Virus record (IMG/VR): IMGVR_UViG_3300020050_009209
Direction: 5' to 3' (one strand)
Origin: a virus
Taxonomy: Duplodnaviria; Caudoviricetes
Length of the DNA stretch: 64,000 bases
Part shown: positions 1-9,645 of the stretch, one piece after another
Numbering within the stretch: the stretch's first letter is position 1
Layout of the letters: each line of letters begins with the position of its first letter
Translations under genes and position numbers: made by a program
The notes under the pieces: generated by a model
Database searches by the model: none
Seen by the model: only the letters and a program-made list of their open reading frames with translations
What the model was told of the DNA's origin: nothing

Positions 1-3
1 GCT

Positions 4-2658
4 TTGCGGGAGTCAGGGTTGCCTCCAAGTGTACGGAGCACTCTATCCTTACTGCATCCAGCCGACCTAAAGACCTTACTGGCAAGTTACTCAAAGTTCC
101 AATCCTTGCCGGTTTACGGTAGTTTGAAGTCTGAGATTCAAAACGCAAGGGGCGGGTACGTCTCTAAGCCAGAGGATGTTCAAACCTTACCTGACGACTT
201 TGGTTCATCGAAGAAGAAAAAGACTGAGGGGGGACCTGAGGAATCTGAAGAAGACTCTCAGGCTGAGGCTGTACAGCAGCATCGTATGGCTGTCATGGCA
301 GCCAGCTTAGCTTCCCAGGTTCGAGTTACCAAGATGATGACCTCAAGTGGAGTGCCTTCGTACCTGGCAGGTAAGTTGGCATACTTCACTCTAACTACGG
401 CCTCAATGCCCCCTGAAAAGCAGATGGAGGTGGCTAGACAGGCTGCGCAAACAGCATTTACGCAAGCGGCTACAGGGTTCTCAGGCTTGCCTGAAAAGGA
501 CGATCGGTTTGGGTCGTTCATCGATAAGGCAAAGAGAAAACTTCTTGGGGACCAGGAGCGCAAAGACTTCATCTCCGCCATGGACCATCTAGACCCCTAC
601 ACTCAGATGGCTGCGGTGGCGCATCTACAAGGAGAGGATTACCGAGCAGCTTCGGATAAGTTTCTAGGGGACCAAGCAAAGAACCCTATCTCTGGTTACG
701 ATCCACCTAAGGTCATCAAAGATAAGCTGCAAGCCGCAACAAAGATGATTCGAGAGGCTGGGAGAGATTACCCCTTAGCTGCAAGGGTTGCCCTTGTGGA
801 CCCTGCTACCGTTTTTCGGGTTAGGGCTCGTGAGTCCCTTAGCGGCATGCCTCCAGAAAAGAAGGCGGAGCTTACTGAGGCGCTTTTGGAGTCGGATGCG
901 GATGACTACGAGAAGGCCGATGCGGAGTACACCAAGCACGACCTACCTAAGTTTGAAAAAGCTTACGCCAAGTACGAGCAAGAGCTGAAGCGGTGGGAGT
1001 CCGACAAAGCAGACTTCGAGTCAGACCTTGACTACAGAGAGTCTGCAAAGCCGTTCGAGAAAGAACCTCCCCAACCTCCACTCAAACCAGAGCCACCCAG
1101 GAAACCAATTGGGTATGAGAAGGTCCGCCCACCAGCTGAGCATGACCAAAAGGCAATCCAACAGGAGTTGGACTCTGCAAGAGCTAAGCACACTCCACAT
1201 GAAGATACTCATGGGGACTCGGAGCACTCGGATGATGAGCATGGCGAGCCAAAGCAAAGCTGGAAGGAACGAGCTAAGAGCTTGAGTGCAAAGGCAAAGG
1301 CCACCCTCCAAGCCTCACCTAAGGCAGTGAAGCAATTCATTGAGGATGATAGCTTCCGTCGTAAGACTCTCATGGATGCCCATGCGGCACTACTCAAAGC
1401 CCCGGAGAAGATTGCTAAGCGAGCACTTGACACAGCAAAACACGAGGTAAAAGAGTTCAAAGAAGCTGGGCAAGGGATCGCCTCTGTACTGCGTGGGGGC
1501 AAAATGACCTCTCACCAGAAAAAGGCATTTAAGACCGTAGCTACGCACATGGCAATCAGTGTTGCAGCTGCGGCACTTACAGCTTCAGGTCCACTTGCTA
1601 TCGCAGGAGCTGTAGGTAAGGGGATGGTAAAGCATGTGGCTATGAAGGCGGTAGCCAACCTCTTTGGGCACCTCCACATACTAGAGGAGGTAGGTCACAT
1701 CGGGCATGGGGTGAAGCACCTCATGGAGCACCTAGCCTCCACTGAGAGTCCAGATCCAGAAGAAGTGCTTAGTAACTTGGTACTTGCTGCTGTGGCAAAA
1801 GAAGTGCCTAAGCTGGATCATGATGGAATTCAGAGCGCTCTGGAGGGTGAGCAGGAGAGTACAGAGAAAGTTGTCGCTAGTATCTATTCTTCTTATCAGT
1901 CTTCAAAATGGCAGATGACTTCATCCAATCGCACTGCACTCTACCATGGAGTAGAGCCTAGTCCTCAAACCCCATACTCAGAGTGGCAGCAAGCTCATCA
2001 ACGAGACTTAGCCCCTGAGGACTCTGCGCTTATTTTGAGTGCGGCTAGGTCTTGGTTAAGGTCACCCGTACTTTCCTCTTCGATTGAGGGGATGGTACCA
2101 GACACCAGGTTTCGGGCTGCACTTGATCTTGCAATCCGTGAGGTCAGTGACGGTAGGTACAGTGGAGCTATTACAGCGAACCTGTACAACCAACTCTTGG
2201 CTAAGTTAGCTAACTCAACGGATCAACCGCTGGGTACAATTCGCGAGGCTTCAACCTCAACTAAAGGAACTAGGACCATGATTAAGTTTGCCAAGTCGGA
2301 TGCCAACACCATTCTAGCTCGTCTTGACCGCGTTGCGGCTGCCATCCAAGAAAACCATGCAAAGTGGGGGATGGGCTTCGACGTCGCGAAGGAGTTAGTC
2401 AACGACCTCGACAAGACCGCAGACGAGATTGAGAAGGCCTCGTTTGGGGAGGAGTCTCTTGTGACTCGTCAAGTTGAAGTGCTCAAGCAAGCAAAGGTGC
2501 TTCAGCAGGACAAGGACGAGAAGTACATGGGTACTTACAATGCCCCCTCCGCTGTTCATCAGTCGGATAGGGACGAGAAGTACATGAGCCTCTATGAGGA
2601 TGACCAGACTCAAGCAGTTGTGAGTGGTAAGTCCTCTGTTGGTCGCCCTCTTACCTAA
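4..2658 (+). CDS. Large putative head-associated/internal virion protein; probably begins upstream of the window and has possible internal starts at 1915 and 2278
   Basis: 884-aa open frame from the window edge; upstream of the prohead protease; many [KR]xA motifs; AAGGA precedes the ATG at 2278. Confidence 0.55.
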   Translation: MRESGLPPSVRSTLSLLHPADLKTLLASYSKFQSLPVYGSLKSEIQNARGGYVSKPEDVQTLPDDFGSSKKKKTEGGPEESEEDSQAEAVQQHRMAVMAASLASQVRVTKMMTSSGVPSYLAGKLAYFTLTTASMPPEKQMEVARQAAQTAFTQAATGFSGLPEKDDRFGSFIDKAKRKLLGDQERKDFISAMDHLDPYTQMAAVAHLQGEDYRAASDKFLGDQAKNPISGYDPPKVIKDKLQAATKMIREAGRDYPLAARVALVDPATVFRVRARESLSGMPPEKKAELTEALLESDADDYEKADAEYTKHDLPKFEKAYAKYEQELKRWESDKADFESDLDYRESAKPFEKEPPQPPLKPEPPRKPIGYEKVRPPAEHDQKAIQQELDSARAKHTPHEDTHGDSEHSDDEHGEPKQSWKERAKSLSAKAKATLQASPKAVKQFIEDDSFRRKTLMDAHAALLKAPEKIAKRALDTAKHEVKEFKEAGQGIASVLRGGKMTSHQKKAFKTVATHMAISVAAAALTASGPLAIAGAVGKGMVKHVAMKAVANLFGHLHILEEVGHIGHGVKHLMEHLASTESPDPEEVLSNLVLAAVAKEVPKLDHDGIQSALEGEQESTEKVVASIYSSYQSSKWQMTSSNRTALYHGVEPSPQTPYSEWQQAHQRDLAPEDSALILSAARSWLRSPVLSSSIEGMVPDTRFRAALDLAIREVSDGRYSGAITANLYNQLLAKLANSTDQPLGTIREASTSTKGTRTMIKFAKSDANTILARLDRVAAAIQENHAKWGMGFDVAKELVNDLDKTADEIEKASFGEESLVTRQVEVLKQAKVLQQDKDEKYMGTYNAPSAVHQSDRDEKYMSLYEDDQTQAVVSGKSSVGRPLT

Positions 2659-2695
2659 TTCAAACTCGGTCACTAGATCCAAGGGTTGTACCAAA

Positions 2696-3544
2696 ATGGC
2701 TATTGACTACTGGCAACTCGTCAAAGACTTCGCCCAAGGGGACGCTGTTCAAAAGATCAATGCCCATAATGGGCAGCTATCTCCTTACGTAGGTAAGGTT
2801 ACGGCTGTCTTTCGTGGGACGGGTTGTTTGGACGTTCAGTGGCCCTTTGGGAACGAGAGAGTCTTCTCGGATGATGTAGTCAAGGTCAATCCACTATTCC
2901 TACGGTACCTACCTCCTACCCTAGATCAGAGCTACAACACGGTTGAGATTGAGAAAGCTAGGGAGGAGGATGCAAAGCTCCGCAAGGCTTCTACTCCTCT
3001 TTGGCAGCACACCAAGTTCCCACCCATGCTCTATGTGAAGCTGGCTCAGTACTGGCACAAGGGAGCTAGTGAGGTTGTAGCTTACGATGACCTCTATCGT
3101 AGCCATGCTCCCAACATCAATGATGACCTACTTAGGTCTGAGGTGTCCAAGTTCTACTTGTTCGCTTCAAACTCAGGAGAGCTTCGTATCCAGCAAGCTG
3201 TAAAGCAAGCTCTCCGCAGTAAGCAGGGAGCTTACTGGGTTGCTCAGAATCGCCAATACCGAGCTACGGGCGAAGACATCAAACTAGGTAAGCCCGCTTG
3301 CCCTAAGTGTGGATCAAGGATGCGACAAGCTACCTACAAGATGCAGGAGGGGTCTAAGCACAAGATTTTTGCCTGTCCCAAGTGCCTTTACCTCATCGAC
3401 CCAACCTCTATCCTTGGCCCTAAGGGTGAGCCTCACTCTTGGTTTGGGGATGTAGCTAAGGTGACGGGGCCCCCAGTGCCAGCTACCCCCAAAGAGGTAG
3501 TGACCCTAGCCCCTATCCCAATGTTCAAAGGGGATGCATTCTAA
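2696..3544 (+). CDS. Hypothetical head-module protein with C-terminal Zn ribbon
   Basis: CPKCG...CPKC motif; stop abuts the protease ATG; start moved to ATG 2696 to avoid overlap with the previous gene. Confidence 0.6.
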   Translation: MAIDYWQLVKDFAQGDAVQKINAHNGQLSPYVGKVTAVFRGTGCLDVQWPFGNERVFSDDVVKVNPLFLRYLPPTLDQSYNTVEIEKAREEDAKLRKASTPLWQHTKFPPMLYVKLAQYWHKGASEVVAYDDLYRSHAPNINDDLLRSEVSKFYLFASNSGELRIQQAVKQALRSKQGAYWVAQNRQYRATGEDIKLGKPACPKCGSRMRQATYKMQEGSKHKIFACPKCLYLIDPTSILGPKGEPHSWFGDVAKVTGPPVPATPKEVVTLAPIPMFKGDAF

Positions 3545-6502
3545 ATGGCCTTCCTAAAGTACGCGAATGCGGCTATCGTACAACCAGCTATCAATCAGGA
3601 GATCTGGAGTGAGATCCGTCAGGCTGCCTTACTAGGCTCTAGCTTTGAGGACCGTACAGCTGCGCATGTAGTACTACAGAAGTATGACCCCGCACAGTAC
3701 CTGCTCTCACACTGCTCCATTGTAGCGTCCGTAGATACGGAGAACTCTGGCCTCCCTACGGGGGCTCAGATGTTTGATGGAGTCCAAATCGAACGGAAGT
3801 TCCCAGACCACTACATTACGGTTGAGACTCAGAAGTACATCAATAACAACTGTTTTGTCCCAGGGACAATGGTCCTAATGTCAGATGGGACTGAAAAGCC
3901 TATTGAGCAGATCTGTATTGGAGACCAAGTTATCACTCACACAGGAATGTGTAGGGTGGTGACAGAAACCTTCAAGAGGCCTTACAGTGGAACTCTTACT
4001 GTAATCAAGCGACTTGGGGATCAGCGGACACTTGAGGTTACCCCAGAACATCCAATTTTCGCCAAGGTGCCAGCTACAGTATGTGCTTGTGGGTGCGGCA
4101 CCCCTCTAAAACGTCGTCACTATAAGGCGGCCGTTCATAGATTCAAACAGTTTTCTCAAGGTCACGGCCAAAAGAGAAACCAAGCACCACTTCCTTACAA
4201 TTGGGTATCTGCTGGGTTTTTGGAGAAGGGCGACTTCTTGTCGTTGCCTCGTCTCAAAGGGGAGGAGCAAACGGAGGTCACTCCTGGGAAAGCTCGCCTT
4301 CTAGGGTACTACTTAGCTGAGGGCTTCTTTTCTAGGTTGAAGCCAACCCGTAAGACTAACGGTAAAGTTACTGGCCAGGTATCTCAACTATTTTTGGATA
4401 ACCTTGGGGTCAACGATAAAGGCAATATCCCTGTAGCTGCTGTCTTCGCATTGAACTTAGATGAAACTGGAACTCTGGCTGCCGAGATTCAGAAGCTTCT
4501 CATGTCTGAGTTTGGAGTAGGGTCCAATATTCAGAGGGTGTCTGAAAACGGAATTTCAGTTACTAGTCATCAGTCGCTAGAGCTGGTGCAATTCATTCAA
4601 GAGTATGCAACGTCGTACTCCAAAACCAAAAAAGTAAATGAAAAAGTCCTCCATTGGCCACTGGCTCTTCAAAGAGAGTTGGTTCAAGCTTGGATTGAGG
4701 GGGATGGTTGTGTAGAAGGTACAGCTGGGGGTTGGGTAACTGCTGTCTCTGCGTCACCTGACTTAATCTCCCAGATGCATTTGATTCTTGGGCGTCTTGG
4801 GGTATTTGCTACTCGGGGAGTGAGCATAACTTGTGGGCGGAAGCGAGTTAAGGTAGCTAATGGAGGGATTCAAATTGTAAGTGATCCTACCAAAACTTGC
4901 ACTGCGTACAAGCTTCAAATTGGAGCTTACTTCGCCTCTAAGCTTATGGGTGGGTCTTTTTTGGGTCCCTTGTTTAGTAGAGCTACCTCCAACCTTCGAA
5001 AGTGGGGGTTGTCAAATAGGGTTGAATCCGAACGGACAACTTTTCCAATCCGCTCTGTTACTAAGCGGAACTACGATGGGTTTGTCTACAATTTCGAGAC
5101 AGATATCGACCACTCTTACGTAGCTAACGGGGTTGCGGTCCATAATTGCGATGCTTTTGAACGTAAGTTGCTGCTAGCGACGTATAAAACGTTCATTGGT
5201 GCCGAAAACTACATGGAGCACGTCCAAATCCCCGAGCTGAGTAAGGGGAAGATCATCGATGCAGCGGCTAGAGACATTGGAGACTCTATCTACATTGACA
5301 TCCTGGTAGCTACTGACCTGAAGCACAAGTCCCTGATAGAGGCGATTAGTAGCCAGAAGCTCAGTACCCTATCGATGGGTTGTCAGGTCACCTACACCCA
5401 GTGTACGAAGTGTGGCAACATTGCTGAGGACGAGCTTCAGATTTGCCGCCACATCAAGTACGAAAAGGGTAACTGGTTTATTGATGCCAGTGGTAAGCGT
5501 CGTAAGATCGCAGAGCTATGTGGGCACCACTCTGACCCTGGGACGGTAAAGTTCATTGAGGGCTCTTGGGTAGGTACTCCAGCATTCACTGGAGCTGTAC
5601 TAAGGAATATTCTAGACCCAGCTAATGCGATGGCGGGAGTGCTTGGTAAGCGAATTCAAGTTGCCTTCTCTCAGCCAGCTAGGACGGCAGACCCAGGCTC
5701 CCTTCAGAGAGCGGCTAAGTTAGCCCCTATTGGGGTTGGGGCAAAAGCGGTCAATGCTGACCATCTTGTCTCTCAGTACGAGGGCCCCTCGATTGGTAAG
5801 CTCCACGCGACTACTCCATACTCAAAGGACCTTCAAGCCGCTGCTACCTTGTCTGCAAGACAGCAGACCGTTCAGGGTTGGCGCCCAAGTAACTACGGCG
5901 TACAGGTGTTCTCCGCAGCACAGCAAGGGGAGGAGCCTACCCCTCCTGCTCCTGTAGAGGATGTTGACCCCCTTAAGAAGGTTGAAGACGAACTCTACAA
6001 CACTCTTAAGAAGAAGGTCGAGAGGCGGGTCCGAGACGACCTCAATAAGGAAGAGTCGTCCAATGTCCGTCAGGTCCTTGACGAGAATTCTTCCAACGAG
6101 TCAATCATCAAGTCAGCTCTTCGATACCCTAAGTGGCAACGAAGGGCAAAGACTATTCTAGCTTCGATTCCAGCCTCAAAGGCAAAAGTGATTTTGGCAG
6201 GTTGGATCCTCTATGATCGTGGGGGATGGGAAGCTGTCGTAGAAGCTAATCGATTTAAGGGACGAGACTTCCTTGCAGTCGCTCACATTGTTGATCGGTC
6301 AACAAGGAAGTCTAACTTGTCCGGAGGTGGTAGAATCTACTCTACAGTTATCGCTGTAGGGGGTATTCGTAAGTATTCAGATGTAAATACCTACTTGGCG
6401 GCTTGTCGTCAAGTGCTCGGTCGGACCCTCTTAGAAACGGAAAAGGTCCAACTCATCGAGAAGGGTAACTTGTTTTCACTAGGACTCTCGGACTTTGAAT
6501 AA
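3545..6502 (+). CDS. Prohead (capsid maturation) protease, intein-containing
   Basis: Extein motifs NNN/CDAF, EHVQIPELSKGKIIDA, LSMGC, CTKCGN and FIEGSWVGTPAF; position directly before scaffold, decoration and capsid genes. Confidence 0.8.
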   Translation: MAFLKYANAAIVQPAINQEIWSEIRQAALLGSSFEDRTAAHVVLQKYDPAQYLLSHCSIVASVDTENSGLPTGAQMFDGVQIERKFPDHYITVETQKYINNNCFVPGTMVLMSDGTEKPIEQICIGDQVITHTGMCRVVTETFKRPYSGTLTVIKRLGDQRTLEVTPEHPIFAKVPATVCACGCGTPLKRRHYKAAVHRFKQFSQGHGQKRNQAPLPYNWVSAGFLEKGDFLSLPRLKGEEQTEVTPGKARLLGYYLAEGFFSRLKPTRKTNGKVTGQVSQLFLDNLGVNDKGNIPVAAVFALNLDETGTLAAEIQKLLMSEFGVGSNIQRVSENGISVTSHQSLELVQFIQEYATSYSKTKKVNEKVLHWPLALQRELVQAWIEGDGCVEGTAGGWVTAVSASPDLISQMHLILGRLGVFATRGVSITCGRKRVKVANGGIQIVSDPTKTCTAYKLQIGAYFASKLMGGSFLGPLFSRATSNLRKWGLSNRVESERTTFPIRSVTKRNYDGFVYNFETDIDHSYVANGVAVHNCDAFERKLLLATYKTFIGAENYMEHVQIPELSKGKIIDAAARDIGDSIYIDILVATDLKHKSLIEAISSQKLSTLSMGCQVTYTQCTKCGNIAEDELQICRHIKYEKGNWFIDASGKRRKIAELCGHHSDPGTVKFIEGSWVGTPAFTGAVLRNILDPANAMAGVLGKRIQVAFSQPARTADPGSLQRAAKLAPIGVGAKAVNADHLVSQYEGPSIGKLHATTPYSKDLQAAATLSARQQTVQGWRPSNYGVQVFSAAQQGEEPTPPAPVEDVDPLKKVEDELYNTLKKKVERRVRDDLNKEESSNVRQVLDENSSNESIIKSALRYPKWQRRAKTILASIPASKAKVILAGWILYDRGGWEAVVEANRFKGRDFLAVAHIVDRSTRKSNLSGGGRIYSTVIAVGGIRKYSDVNTYLAACRQVLGRTLLETEKVQLIEKGNLFSLGLSDFE
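3851..5146 (+). mobile_element. Intein with LAGLIDADG homing endonuclease (432 aa)
   Basis: Starts CFVPGTMV; block B VTPEHPIF; LLGYYLAEG and AWIEGDG; ends VYNFET...YVANGVAVHN followed by Cys(+1). Confidence 0.95.
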
Positions 6503-6538
6503 GTTCTTATATGAGTCTACTAAGGAAAGGATCCACCA

Positions 6539-7840
6539 ATGACTCGCGAACGCTCTACTTGGAACCGTAACGAAATTGTCAAGCAAGCGGGTATGGCACG
6601 AACTGCTGACCCCTACCTGATGAATCAGGATCACGTTAAGCAGCAACCTGCCCATGATGCCTATGGCATTGGTGGACCTTCTGAATTTGGCGAAGATGTC
6701 TCGAAGGGGACATGGGAAGCTGAGTATAGCGGGGGCCAAGTCTCTCGTAACGAGATTGGACTACCTGAAATGCGCAAAGACACCTTCAACCACTCTGAGA
6801 AGACTGCAAGTGTTGAGTTCCTTACAAAGAAGGCAGCTCTTTGCGTTGCAATTTCGCGCAGCATTCTCCCAAAGACTGCCTCTGAGTCGGAGATTGAGGA
6901 CCAGTCTCTATCTCTCATGCACCTCCCAGACAGTGAGGTCATGTCGACCTACTCTCGTCTAGCTGCTCAAGGTGAAGAGCAAGAGCAAGAGCAAGAGGAG
7001 CAGCAGGCGAAGCAAGCCGGTGAAGTTCCTCCTCAGTTCAAGAAGAAGGACGACGAAGAGAAGGGCCAAGACCAAGGTCAGCAGAAGCAAGCCCAACAGC
7101 AGCAGATGCAGGCTCAGGTTCAACAGCTACAAGCTCAACTCCAACAGCTACAAGCCCAGCTACAGCAGCAGGGTGGGCAGCAGGCTCAGCAAGGCCAGCA
7201 GGCTCAGCAACAGCAGGTTGCTCAGATGTTGCAGCAAGGCCAGCAGGCTCAGCAAGTTCAAGCTGGACAGCAGGCACAACAGGGCCAGCAAGCTCAGCAG
7301 CAGCAAGTTGCTCAGCAGCAACAGCAGGCTCAGATGCAGCAGCAAGCTCAGCAGCAGCAAGTTGCTCAGCTTGTTCAGCAAGCTCAACAGCAGGGTATGG
7401 ACCCTGTCCAAGCTGCGATGTTTGCAGTGCAGCAGATGCAAGGTCAGCAGCAGCCAATGGCTCAAGACAGCCAGCTGATTGATGACATGCTACTCGATAC
7501 CTCCTCAGCCCCTCCAATGATGATGGGCGAGGGAGACATTGAGATGGATGCCCCCTCCATGGATATGTCCGATGCTCAGCTAGGCCCAGAGGATGATGTC
7601 CTTAAGACCTTGTTTGCAGCTGACCAGGATGACCAGGGGCAGCAGCAACAGGCTCAGCAGCAGAAGCAAGCCCACGCAGTCCGTACAGCCTCAACGCGTA
7701 CCGTAGGGACTCGTCCCACTGGTGGCGTTAGCGCAATTGGTGGGAACCCAGGTGCAAGCTCCAATGACATTGGTAAGCTTTCTTCCCTGTGGGGCAGCTC
7801 GCCTGATGTGCGTGAAGTCTTCGGTATGAACAAGAGCTGA
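6539..7840 (+). CDS. Putative capsid scaffolding protein with poly-Gln region
   Basis: Between protease and decoration/capsid genes; low-complexity Q/A-rich; RBS AAGGA; many [KR]xA motifs. Confidence 0.7.
   Translation: MTRERSTWNRNEIVKQAGMARTADPYLMNQDHVKQQPAHDAYGIGGPSEFGEDVSKGTWEAEYSGGQVSRNEIGLPEMRKDTFNHSEKTASVEFLTKKAALCVAISRSILPKTASESEIEDQSLSLMHLPDSEVMSTYSRLAAQGEEQEQEQEEQQAKQAGEVPPQFKKKDDEEKGQDQGQQKQAQQQQMQAQVQQLQAQLQQLQAQLQQQGGQQAQQGQQAQQQQVAQMLQQGQQAQQVQAGQQAQQGQQAQQQQVAQQQQQAQMQQQAQQQQVAQLVQQAQQQGMDPVQAAMFAVQQMQGQQQPMAQDSQLIDDMLLDTSSAPPMMMGEGDIEMDAPSMDMSDAQLGPEDDVLKTLFAADQDDQGQQQQAQQQKQAHAVRTASTRTVGTRPTGGVSAIGGNPGASSNDIGKLSSLWGSSPDVREVFGMNKS
7078..7455 (+). repeat. CAG/CAA-rich degenerate coding repeat (QQAQQGQQAQQQQVAQ units)
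   Basis: Repeated cagcaggctcagcaaggccagcaggctcagcaa-type units visible in the DNA. Confidence 0.9.
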
Positions 7841-7935
7841 AAAGCTAAAAGACCGACTCAGCCTTAAGTGGCTGCTTAGATGTAGATGCGAATGTAGAAA
7901 AACCCTGCTTTTCCCCGCCTAACAAGGAGTTCGAT

Positions 7936-8583
7936 ATGTCGATGCGCGGTCAAAGCTCGGGTGGATTCAAGGAAACGTCTGGCCGAGTTCAGTTGTTCCA
8001 TGTGGTTACACGCAATAGCGTTGGAGCCCTTGCAGCAGATGCATTCACCCAGGCTAACCCTGTTACCTACACGGGCGCTACAGTTAAGTCTACAACCCTA
8101 GCCGGTATTACCAAGGTCGGCGTTCTAGGTGGTTCGGTTGCGTTTACGCGACCTCAAGTTGGTAACAACCTTACGGGCGGTCCCGCTACTACAGCAGGCC
8201 CAACGTTCTTGGCAGGTATCAAGCCTCTTGGTATCTTCATCAACGACGCCGTGGGTAATGCCTACGAGAACACCCCAGGACCTGCCTCTGGTCGTGGACC
8301 CTACGTCCACGGTTCGGGTACGGTTATCGGAGTCACTCTCTATGAGACCATGATTCTGCAAGCACTAGGCCCTGGCGCCCTAGCTGATCCTCTCACATAC
8401 GCAGCTGGTGACTTGCTCTATGCGTCGGCAAACGGCCTTCTCACGAAGCAGCCAGACGACTCGTATGAGCAGCTTCAATCGGGCGTGTTGTTCGCAACAA
8501 TGCCTACCACCACCGTCATGGGCGTCGTTTTGGCGGCTCCTGATGCAACCAACCCATTGCTCGTGCTGAGCATGCGCGTCTGA
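7936..8583 (+). CDS. Putative head decoration/cement protein
   Basis: Immediately upstream of the capsid gene; PLGIFINDA and YAAGDLLYASANGLLT motifs; strong RBS AAGGAG. Confidence 0.7.
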   Translation: MSMRGQSSGGFKETSGRVQLFHVVTRNSVGALAADAFTQANPVTYTGATVKSTTLAGITKVGVLGGSVAFTRPQVGNNLTGGPATTAGPTFLAGIKPLGIFINDAVGNAYENTPGPASGRGPYVHGSGTVIGVTLYETMILQALGPGALADPLTYAAGDLLYASANGLLTKQPDDSYEQLQSGVLFATMPTTTVMGVVLAAPDATNPLLVLSMRV

Positions 8584-8621
8584 GCGCAACAGCTCTCTAA
8601 GAAAGGATAAAGGCACTAACA

Positions 8622-9494
8622 ATGGTTTCCAACGAAATTAAGCAGCAAATCATCAGCGAGTACATCAAGACTGCGGCAGGTCGCGCAAAGCTTGCTGCCT
8701 CGATGATTCAACCCCTCCGCTCGCGTCGTGACTACACCGCAGTGGGTCGTAAGACCTTCTTGGTGGAGCAACTTCCTGACGGCGCACTTCCAATCTACGA
8801 CAAGGACCCGGACGTTACGGCCTACGTCGTTGGCGAGGAAGGCGAGAACATCCTTGCTATCCAGAAGCCACGCAGAGTGATCTTCCCTCTGTTCGAGGTT
8901 GCCTCGAACCCAGAGATCCCTCTCACCCAGATCAAGGAGCGTCGTTTCGACCTCATTGAGCGCTCGCAAGACCTTGCGAAGGCTCAGATCCAGGCAGCTG
9001 AGGACGAGCGTGTGTTCGCGGTTCTAGACAGCATTGCTGTCTCGGGCTTCGACACTCTAGCAGGGCAGACGAACCCCGACATCAACGTCGTGGCTCCAAT
9101 CTCCCCAAGCGTCCTAGCTGACGCGTTCGCTGAGGTAGAGCGTCACGACCTTCGGGTTGCTCGTATCTACATGAACGCAACCGACTACGCGGACATCCGT
9201 AAGTTCGGTCGCGACATCCTGGACATCGAGTCTCAAGCAGTCCTGCTTAAGACTGGTCTTCAGGCAACCCTCTGGGGCGCCCAGATCATCACAAGCCGCC
9301 TGGTTCCAGCCGGTTTCGTGTACATCTGCGCCGAGCCAGAGAACTTTGGACGTTTCCCCGTTCGTACAGAACTAACGGTTCTCAGTGCGGATGACGCGAA
9401 GGCCCGAACAATTGGGTTCAGTTGCTTTGAAAATATCGGCATTGGTGCCTTCAACCCTCGCGGCCTCACGCGTTTGGTTGTCACCCGAGTCTGA
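8622..9494 (+). CDS. Major capsid protein (HK97 fold)
   Basis: GRAKLAASMIQPLR, RKTFLVEQLPDGALPIYDKD, FEVASNPEI, QAAEDERVF and ATLWGAQII motifs; C-ending codon bias; followed by a strong terminator. Confidence 0.88.
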   Translation: MVSNEIKQQIISEYIKTAAGRAKLAASMIQPLRSRRDYTAVGRKTFLVEQLPDGALPIYDKDPDVTAYVVGEEGENILAIQKPRRVIFPLFEVASNPEIPLTQIKERRFDLIERSQDLAKAQIQAAEDERVFAVLDSIAVSGFDTLAGQTNPDINVVAPISPSVLADAFAEVERHDLRVARIYMNATDYADIRKFGRDILDIESQAVLLKTGLQATLWGAQIITSRLVPAGFVYICAEPENFGRFPVRTELTVLSADDAKARTIGFSCFENIGIGAFNPRGLTRLVVTRV

Positions 9495-9520
9495 TAACCC
9501 AGCCTAGAAATAGGCACCTC

Positions 9521-9554
9521 AAAAGACCATCCTGGGAAACCAGGATGGTCTTTT
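9521..9554 (+). terminator. Intrinsic terminator after the capsid gene
   Basis: AAAAGACCATCCTGG-GAAA-CCAGGATGGTCTTTT perfect hairpin. Confidence 0.9.
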
Positions 9555-9610
9555 GTCATTTGGGGAATGCGTCACTCGGTCAACAGGGAAGAGACCGAAG
9601 TTAAAAGTTC

Positions 9611-9639
9611 TTGACAGACATACTCATGGGCTGTACGAT
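9611..9639 (+). promoter_or_regulatory. Sigma70-type promoter, predicted leaderless transcript
   Basis: TTGACA-N17-TACGAT; ATG 9646 lies 7 nt after the -10 element. Confidence 0.8.
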
Positions 9640-9645
9640 GAGGGA

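Noticed and set aside
7078-7455. CRISPR-like or non-coding repeat array
   Set aside because: Repeats are degenerate, in frame and lack a repeat-spacer structure
8622-9494. Encapsulin or contractile injection system instead of a phage
   Set aside because: Protease, scaffold, decoration, neck, sheath, tube and tape measure occur together, as in a myophage
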